NCBI GenBank assembly: GCA_947259065.1
Contig: CAMYLH010000001.1
Coordinates: 1-44,154, forward strand
DNA: 44,154 nt
From: an uncultured Desulfobacterales bacterium
GTDB lineage: Bacteria; Desulfobacterota; Desulfobacteria; Desulfobacterales; JAFDCJ01
Reading direction: 5' to 3'
In this document: positions 37,286 to 44,154 of the stretch, in pieces
How positions within the stretch are numbered: the stretch's first letter is position 1
How the letters are laid out: the number at the start of each line of letters is the position of its first letter
The notes under the pieces: model-generated
What the model was told of the DNA's origin: nothing
Databases searched by the model: none
What the model saw: the letters and a program-made list of their open reading frames with translations, nothing else
Position numbers and translations under genes: made by a program

Positions 37286-39079
37286 CTAAAATCGCCTTGA
37301 TCCCCGCGATGATAACAGGGCATTCAGCTCAATAAGTGATTCAAGTTGTACCAGCACCGGGTTGGGTGTCATCATATCAAGTTGATCGGCCCGGCCTTTC
37401 ATCTTCTCGAATGCTTTTGCGGTAATGCGCTCCGGTCCGGCTGTCAAGCGGACACAGGCCTGAAAAATGAAAAAACTCAATATCAGTATAATGCCGATCG
37501 ACCACAGGGCATGAAGAAAAAAAACCCCCGCAAGATATTTTCCCAATAAAAACCCCTTTACTGTAATCCAACCGCTGTAACCCAGAATACCAAATGCCGG
37601 CAGGTTAAACACAATTTGCAGCAGTATTCCGCAAAGCCTGCGTGATACACGTTCAATCTCAGAGTCCAGGATACCGCTCCAGATCCCAGCCAATTGTTCG
37701 CTGAGTGTCTCAGCGGCCAGCAAGGCATCATCCACCCGGCGCACGGCGCCGTTAAACCCACCATCAATCAAAGACTCAGCGATATCCGGCCAGTTGCTCA
37801 TGGTAGTGAGTCGATACCTCCGCAAGCCTGCCCCCACTTGCTCATCGTTATGGACGTCGGCCGTTGCCGATTTAGATTCTTTGAAGTGTCTCCAGGCAGA
37901 AATCATGCCCATTATTTGGGTTACAGGACGGCCGAATCTTAACAGGGCGGCCATACCGGTTCCGAAAATCAGCAAACGCGCCCAAATGGCGATCATCCAC
38001 CCCATGGGTCCGACCCACCGCTGCGCCAGTTTCTGATAAACCATCAAACCGATACCGAAAAGCTGTCTCGAGTCATCATTTTTCATAGCGGAAACAGCTT
38101 CCAGAAATGCTTTCCTTTCTGCTTCGTGGATTTTTTGCCTGGCCGTCATCAGAGCAGTGCTGTACCCGATAATCTCTCGTTCGACCTCATCGAAGATATA
38201 ATCTCTCAAGCTTCTGGCATTTTCTAGCCGCCTGTCGACCACATAGCCGGCACGATTGATGCTGTCGAAGATCAGATTCTGCAATTCTTCGAATTGATCA
38301 AAATTATGCTTGGGACCTGCGGTCTGGTCCCATTGCGGATCTTTAAGATGTCGCCGGGCGGATATACACAGCGTGCGATCGACGGATGTTTGCCAGGCTG
38401 CCTGAATGTAAGCTGAAAAATCAGGCAATATCCGGTTTTTCAGTTCGGCCTCATCCTGACGATCGCATTTATTGATCACGCTCACCAATGATTCCCCATT
38501 AAATTTTCGGATAAACGGGGCCAGGAAATCAACATGGTCTTTTCTTTTGGGGTTTTCAGAATCAAACACACATAGGAGCATATCGGAGCGTGCGATGGCT
38601 TCGCGTACGAGCGGAGCGTGTTTGCGGTAGGCCATGCTGTCGGTATCCGGCGTATCGATGATGAGGACATGCTCCAATACCACGGCAGCCGGGCTTGACT
38701 TAACCTCCACGGACTCACCACCGAGGTTTGCGACCAGCTGTCCGGCATCCTGTTCGTCGCTGCCGAAAACAATGACATGGCCGGTGGTGGGTCGCTGATG
38801 TCCCGCCGGTGACAAATCATCGATCCCCGCAAAGGCATTCAGCAGGGTGGATTTCCCGGCGCCACAGGGTCCGACAATAGTCACCACCAGCTTCCGTTCG
38901 AAACGTTCGGCAATGTCATTAATCATCCGGATGGCCTCATCGCATTGTTTTGTTAGCGCTGTCGCCGGCAGCCACAGTGGCAAGTCCGCCAGCGTTGAAC
39001 TCAGCATGTTCAGGTCGTTTTTAAAACCTTCAATTTTGCCGAGAGCCTTGAGGGTGGCAGACTGTCGGGTCGGTAGCAT
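37286..39079 (-). CDS. Dynamin-like GTPase with C-terminal membrane helices
   Basis: GPCGAGKST, RPTT, DTPD, NKCD; helical stalk and hydrophobic segments. Confidence 0.8.
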   Translation of the reverse strand: MLPTRQSATLKALGKIEGFKNDLNMLSSTLADLPLWLPATALTKQCDEAIRMINDIAERFERKLVVTIVGPCGAGKSTLLNAFAGIDDLSPAGHQRPTTGHVIVFGSDEQDAGQLVANLGGESVEVKSSPAAVVLEHVLIIDTPDTDSMAYRKHAPLVREAIARSDMLLCVFDSENPKRKDHVDFLAPFIRKFNGESLVSVINKCDRQDEAELKNRILPDFSAYIQAAWQTSVDRTLCISARRHLKDPQWDQTAGPKHNFDQFEELQNLIFDSINRAGYVVDRRLENARSLRDYIFDEVEREIIGYSTALMTARQKIHEAERKAFLEAVSAMKNDDSRQLFGIGLMVYQKLAQRWVGPMGWMIAIWARLLIFGTGMAALLRFGRPVTQIMGMISAWRHFKESKSATADVHNDEQVGAGLRRYRLTTMSNWPDIAESLIDGGFNGAVRRVDDALLAAETLSEQLAGIWSGILDSEIERVSRRLCGILLQIVFNLPAFGILGYSGWITVKGFLLGKYLAGVFFLHALWSIGIILILSFFIFQACVRLTAGPERITAKAFEKMKGRADQLDMMTPNPVLVQLESLIELNALLSSRGSRRF

Positions 39080-41058
39080 TATTTCTCAACTCCCTTCGCA
39101 CATACTTTCATTGAATGCTCGATTTCATGAATCAATGGGTTTGCGTCGGCAATATTTTTTCGGGCACACCGCAAAATACCGCCGGTTATGTTTTCCTCAA
39201 AGAGGTGCTGTACGGTCTTTAATTTATGGTTTAACCAGGTTTGTATAATGGGCCCCAGCATTTCCTCGATCTGCTTACGGTCCGCTTTTTTCAACCCTGT
39301 GGTAACCGGTATCGCGAACAGTGCGTAAAGATCTTTGGCCCCGAAAAGTCCGGTCAGTTTGACTTTTATACCGGCAGCCCCGACGGGATCCCCAGTTGAA
39401 AGAACATAGGTGACTGCAACCGTTGCCGGTAATACGTTGAGCAGGGCCCAAAAAGTCTGGTTGATTTTATGCCACAGGCCCATTTTGCGGCGAAAATGAT
39501 CGGCAAGTCGTTCGAGATCCTTTTCCATGTCCCGGGAAATGGTCGTAATAGATTCTTTTTCGGCCAGAATTGATTGTAAAACAGATTTAAAATCCCTGGC
39601 ACGCAGTTTTTCCTGCTCCGATATCACTACCGGGTGGGCATCAATCAAAAAGTTGAGGCTGGAACCTGCGCCGGAGGGTTCGGCCCGAGGATTTTGTGAT
39701 TTTTCCAATCTTTTATGTGATCTGATCTTATCGATGATTTCAACCATTCGTCCGGCAACAGGATCCGTTAATGATCCACCGACGGATATCTGGCGGCTGA
39801 CCGCCTGATAGTGCATGCTGGTCACGGCCGTCACCAAATCCTCATCCACTTTTTCCATGAACAGCTTTGAGGCTGAGGGCTTTGGTATGCCCGGAGACAA
39901 CTGGTCTTTGGCCCAACCGGCCGCTCCGAGCAATAATTTCAGCGGCAATTCGATGAAACCGCCCGTTTTGCGCATCATTTTTACGTGAGCCGGGTCCGTC
40001 GCCGCCCAAACCCGGGCAAATCGCCTCATGACACGATCCATCGGAAAATGCTTCAACGCTTCGTGAACACAGTAACTCTGGGCTGTTTGAAGGGCGTCAA
40101 AATAAAGGCGCAGTTCATCAAAAGAAACTTGCGCATCGTCTTTTATAACTTCGGCATGTTTGTAAACGTCCCTTAAGATGGATGCGTATAATTCGTAGCG
40201 CAGTTTGGGCGTATCAACCGATTGAAGCGCTTCGGCAAAACTCGGTCTGTTGGCATCAACCGGTCTAAATTTCATGAACCCCTTCCCGGCCGCCACATCA
40301 TTGTCTTCATCCGTGCGATAAACACCCAGAAGATATTTGTCGGCTAGCTCGGCGTAAATGCCTTCCGCCACCGTCATGGCATGGTCCAGAACCTCTTGTT
40401 GGGTGAAACTCGGGTAAACTCGATACACCAGAAAGCATTTTCGTTTACCGATCCCGGTCCCGATCCCGGTCAGCATGTGAGCAATAAAATCGGTGTTGTC
40501 GCGGTTGTTATAATTTGAGTTGGTGAAAATGTAGATCAGAATGTCCGAAGCTTCCAATGCCATCCGAGTGACCTCCCGGTTGGTGTAGGCACCTTTTGCA
40601 CCGGTATCGAAATCCGGAGTATCCAATATCACCAGGTTATTCGCAGGGGATTGGTTCAGAACATAGAGCGGTTCCCCCGGGACCGTCAGTTCTTCCCTGG
40701 CGTTCAGGAGACTTGGCACCGATTGGAAAGGTCGCGCCAGATCTGCCAGAAGATCTTTTTGTCCGGCCCGCATCGCCGGAATGGAAAAAAGCACGCGCCG
40801 ATTCAACCCCGCGGTTCCACCGGTTGGTGCAAGATAATCTCCGATCAGAGAATTGAAAAGGGTGGATTTCCCAGAGGAGCCCCCGCCACAAATCGCGGCG
40901 ACCACCGGAAAGTCAGGAGCCAAACGGGAAAGTAGCTTGGCATCGACGATGTCGGTCCAGAAACGAATCTGTTCATGGTCGCCGCATTTCAGCAAATCAG
41001 CTAAACGGGGTATATTTTCTCTGAGTTTTTTTAACGCATCAAACAGTGCTGATTCCAT
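39079..41058 (-). CDS. Dynamin-like GTPase, partner
   Basis: GGGSSGKST, DTPDFD; TAATG stop/start overlap with the next gene. Confidence 0.75.
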   Translation of the reverse strand: MESALFDALKKLRENIPRLADLLKCGDHEQIRFWTDIVDAKLLSRLAPDFPVVAAICGGGSSGKSTLFNSLIGDYLAPTGGTAGLNRRVLFSIPAMRAGQKDLLADLARPFQSVPSLLNAREELTVPGEPLYVLNQSPANNLVILDTPDFDTGAKGAYTNREVTRMALEASDILIYIFTNSNYNNRDNTDFIAHMLTGIGTGIGKRKCFLVYRVYPSFTQQEVLDHAMTVAEGIYAELADKYLLGVYRTDEDNDVAAGKGFMKFRPVDANRPSFAEALQSVDTPKLRYELYASILRDVYKHAEVIKDDAQVSFDELRLYFDALQTAQSYCVHEALKHFPMDRVMRRFARVWAATDPAHVKMMRKTGGFIELPLKLLLGAAGWAKDQLSPGIPKPSASKLFMEKVDEDLVTAVTSMHYQAVSRQISVGGSLTDPVAGRMVEIIDKIRSHKRLEKSQNPRAEPSGAGSSLNFLIDAHPVVISEQEKLRARDFKSVLQSILAEKESITTISRDMEKDLERLADHFRRKMGLWHKINQTFWALLNVLPATVAVTYVLSTGDPVGAAGIKVKLTGLFGAKDLYALFAIPVTTGLKKADRKQIEEMLGPIIQTWLNHKLKTVQHLFEENITGGILRCARKNIADANPLIHEIEHSMKVCAKGVEK

Positions 41059-41474
41059 ATCGTTAACACGGTGAAGGTTCGCAGGTTCAGGGTTAGATTT
41101 CTTTGACTTTTCTAGTTTGATCTCAGGCTAAATTCAATACCTTAATATCCTTAAATCATTATTTTTTCATGCGAATTCTATTCAGAGTTCACATGTTGTA
41201 AGTTCAAAAGCAGCGTTAATCCCGGATCTCCGACCCTAAACCTTTGACCCATTGAACCTTTCAACTCTGAACAGCCCTATGATTCTATAACATATTGACA
41301 TTATTAAAACAAAAATAATTCTAAATTTTTAACGAAAAAAAGGAATTGCACTGAATTTGAAATTCAAGCTTGCCAAAGATAGAAGCTATTCTGTAAAGGA
41401 TAATGATCACAGGATTGATATATGGGCTAATGAAGACTTGATATAGGCAATGGTGTACATAGTTTGAATGACAA

Positions 41475-43256
41475 ATGACGGCAACTCTCGCGGAATTGGA
41501 AATCTTAACGCTTGACTGTCAGGCAACTGGAGCGAATCCGGATAAAGGGCATCTCCTCGAAATCGGCTGGCTGCCGACGCGGGCCTCTGCTGCCGATAAT
41601 CCGGTGATAACCGGCCCTCAGATTTACCGGGTGTGTTTGCCGGCCGGTGCAGCCATCCCGCGGGTGGTTCAACGGATCACTGGAATTTCAGACGGTTCCA
41701 TTGCAGCCGCCGTATCATCTAAAAATATCTGGGAGCATTTGATCGAAACGGCAAAGAAAATCACCGCCGGCAATCCGTCGGCAGCCTGTCCCTTGGTTAT
41801 CCATTTTGCCCGCTTTGAAGAACCCTTTTTACGCCAGCTTCATCAAGATAATGACCCCGAAGGCCCTTTTCCCTTCCGGATCATCTGCACGCATGAGATT
41901 GCGATCCGCTTGCTGCCCAACCTACCACGTAGAGGCATCAGAGCCATAGCTGGCTATTACGGCCATAGCATGCCCGAACTAAAACGCAGTACCGATCATG
42001 TTGTCGCAACCGCATTCATCTGGAAAAAAATGGTCGAACTATTAGACAAAGCCTGCGGCGTATCCGGGCTCGATCAGTTGGACAACTGGCTGGCGACCAC
42101 CAAACCCCCCCGTCGTTTCAAACGGAAGTTTCCGATGAATCCCGAGATTCACCGGCGACTGCCGGACAAACCCGGCATATATCGAATGCTGCGTACCAAG
42201 AATGGTGATCCGCTTTACATTGGTAAGGCCAAATCCCTCAAACAGCGGGTAAAAAGCTATTTCCGGCAAAAAACACCCCACGCGGAACATACCCTGGAAA
42301 TGCTGACCCAGGCCCGGGAGCTGGATTTTGCCATAACCGGTTCTGCCCTGGAAGCAGCCATCCTGGAATCCGATGAAATCAAACGCCGTTCACCTCCTTA
42401 TAACATTGCCTTGCGCCGACGGGAGCGTGGACTCACATTTTTCTCCAAAGACCTTTGCCGGAATTCCGCTGCTGTCGAAAAAGATTTTCCCGTGGGACCC
42501 CTTCCCGTCGGTAGATTTATCCAAACAGTTTCCGCTTTCGGCTTATGGTTGGCGCACGGTATGCAGGTAAATGACGATGACCACCTGGATATCGCACACT
42601 CAGTTCTGGCCCTTCCCCCGGAGTATACCCCTGAGATCGATTGCTTGCTGGGCGGATTTAGAATTTTTCAGGAAAATTACAGCAGCCGCATGGGGCATCC
42701 GCATCAATCTGCTTTGCGGTTTTTAACCGCCCTGGGTGCAACGCTTTGGCGCCAGCGCTTGGAAACCGCCGCACTTGCTGAAATGATCGCAGAAAAAGAA
42801 AACGATAATGCTGAGATGGATACGGACCCAAAAAAATCCGGCCAAGAGCACGTCTGGACCCCCGAGGCAGTTGCACGTTCCATCGAAAATATGGTTTTTC
42901 ACAGCGCTCATCTGATCCGGCGGGCCCGCTGGTTCTGTCTGCTGAGCGAATCCTCCCTGACCTGGTCATCGACCGATCATCGAGACAAGTTTAAAATGCT
43001 GGTGGTTTTTAAAAACGGATCCGTCCTCGAGCGAGACAAAGTGAAGACCGGAAAAAAAGCTCCGATACCCCCGGGATGCACAAAACCATTTCGGATCCGA
43101 CAAAAGGATATAAATCTGACAACCTACGATCGGCTGCGCGTCGTCACGACCGAACTGCGGCGGCTCGTCTCCGAAGGCCGGATTGTCGAATTGCGTCTCG
43201 GTCCTGGTGTGACCCTGAGTCGCCAGCAAATTATAAAAGTATTGCGATGGATATAA
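41475..43256 (+). CDS. DEDDh-like exonuclease domain plus GIY-YIG (UvrC/Cho-like) nuclease
   Basis: LDCQATG...LLEIG...TGIS; PGIYRM..LYIGKA.SL..RV.SYF..EAAILE..PPYN. Confidence 0.88.
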   Translation: MTATLAELEILTLDCQATGANPDKGHLLEIGWLPTRASAADNPVITGPQIYRVCLPAGAAIPRVVQRITGISDGSIAAAVSSKNIWEHLIETAKKITAGNPSAACPLVIHFARFEEPFLRQLHQDNDPEGPFPFRIICTHEIAIRLLPNLPRRGIRAIAGYYGHSMPELKRSTDHVVATAFIWKKMVELLDKACGVSGLDQLDNWLATTKPPRRFKRKFPMNPEIHRRLPDKPGIYRMLRTKNGDPLYIGKAKSLKQRVKSYFRQKTPHAEHTLEMLTQARELDFAITGSALEAAILESDEIKRRSPPYNIALRRRERGLTFFSKDLCRNSAAVEKDFPVGPLPVGRFIQTVSAFGLWLAHGMQVNDDDHLDIAHSVLALPPEYTPEIDCLLGGFRIFQENYSSRMGHPHQSALRFLTALGATLWRQRLETAALAEMIAEKENDNAEMDTDPKKSGQEHVWTPEAVARSIENMVFHSAHLIRRARWFCLLSESSLTWSSTDHRDKFKMLVVFKNGSVLERDKVKTGKKAPIPPGCTKPFRIRQKDINLTTYDRLRVVTTELRRLVSEGRIVELRLGPGVTLSRQQIIKVLRWI

Positions 43257-44154
43257 TCCGCATCCTGTTTCTGGCCGATACACACCTGGGTTTTGATCTT
43301 CCTTTTCGTCCCCGAATTCAGCGGCGCAGAAGAGGACCGGAATTTTTCGCCAATTTCAAACGAGCCCTGATGCCCGCTTTGCAGGGTCGGGTGGACTGCG
43401 TGGTACACGGCGGTGATCTTCTCTACCGCAGCAAAGTCCCCCCGCAGCTGGTCGCCATGGCATTTGAACCCCTCAAACAGGTTGCCGATCAGGGAACCCC
43501 GGTCTATCTGGTACCCGGTAACCATGAACGTTCGGCCATCCCCCACAGTCATCTGGCGGGACATCCGGGGATCCATATCTTTGATCGGCCGCGGACCTAT
43601 CTATGGCGAAAAGATGGTCTCACCCTGGCACTGGCAGGGTTCCCTTTTGTGCGGCATGGAATCCGCGACGGTTTTATGCATCTGCTTGATCAAACCGGCC
43701 GGCTTCATGTAAAGGCCGATATTCAGGTTCTATGTATCCATCAATCGATCGACGGGGCCACCGTTGGGCCCGCCGGCTACGTGTTTCGCTATGCACCGGA
43801 TGTTATTAAAGCATCCGATATTCCGCCAGCATTCTCCGCTGTCCTATCAGGCCATATACACCGCTTCCAGGTCCTGTCGAATGACTTAAAGGGAAAACCC
43901 TTGAACGCCCCGGTATTTTATCCGGGCGCCATCGAACGCACATCTTTTGCTGAAAAAAATGAAAAAAAAGGGTATTTGACTCTGGAATTCGAAACGGAAG
44001 GCTTAAGGTCCGGCAGGTTGAGGCAATGGCGGTTTCACGAACTACCCACACGGCCTATGGTTCAGCTCAATCTGCATCCCCGGCATATGGACGCTGCAGA
44101 GCTTAGGTCGTGGCTTGTAAGCAATATCGGCGAACTGCCTGCGGATGCCATTGT
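43247..44154 (+). CDS. SbcD/Mre11-like metallophosphoesterase, truncated by the window end (not in the ORF track)
   Basis: MDIIRILFLADTHLG, HGGDL, PGNHE, SGHIH, YPG..ER..FAE. Confidence 0.9.
   Translation, partial: MDIIRILFLADTHLGFDLPFRPRIQRRRRGPEFFANFKRALMPALQGRVDCVVHGGDLLYRSKVPPQLVAMAFEPLKQVADQGTPVYLVPGNHERSAIPHSHLAGHPGIHIFDRPRTYLWRKDGLTLALAGFPFVRHGIRDGFMHLLDQTGRLHVKADIQVLCIHQSIDGATVGPAGYVFRYAPDVIKASDIPPAFSAVLSGHIHRFQVLSNDLKGKPLNAPVFYPGAIERTSFAEKNEKKGYLTLEFETEGLRSGRLRQWRFHELPTRPMVQLNLHPRHMDAAELRSWLVSNIGELPADAI

Noticed and set aside
1-44154. CRISPR arrays, tRNA/rRNA, integrases, prophage; many antisense ORFs in the track
   Set aside because: No repeat-spacer periodicity or such genes seen; the antisense ORFs are shadows of well-supported CDSs

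Overview
This is a chromosomal window of about 47% GC, probably from a Desulfobacterales-like anaerobe (inferred from gene content and selenocysteine use). The first ~22.6 kb form a coherent neutral-lipid (wax ester / lipid body) locus. Synthesis-side genes are two WS/DGAT genes (one with a C-terminal CCCH motif, one fused to a GxSxG hydrolase), an Fe-alcohol dehydrogenase-SCP2 fusion, and tandem acyl-ACP-reductase-like paralogs, the second lacking the catalytic Cys. Accessory genes are a PhaR/phasin fusion, an ABC1/UbiB kinase, a small helical protein with the same CCCH motif, a PEP carboxykinase homolog missing its Mn-binding residues, a long CoA-transferase, and a selenocysteine peroxiredoxin-like protein. 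A second Fe-ADH + SCP2 + AOR operon closes the locus. A palindromic operator (TAACGCA-A-TGCGTTA) overlaps three promoters. Several genes are broken by apparent deletions: ADH-SCP2, the ABC1 kinase, and an SDR/ThDP chimera. The second half is mixed housekeeping and accessory DNA. It includes a rhodanese with two in-frame UGAs (U-A-U), a candidate sigma28-driven anti-SD sRNA, a dynamin-like GTPase pair, a degenerate DEDDh/GIY-YIG nuclease and a partial SbcD-like phosphoesterase. All calls come from motifs read by eye; no database searches were run.
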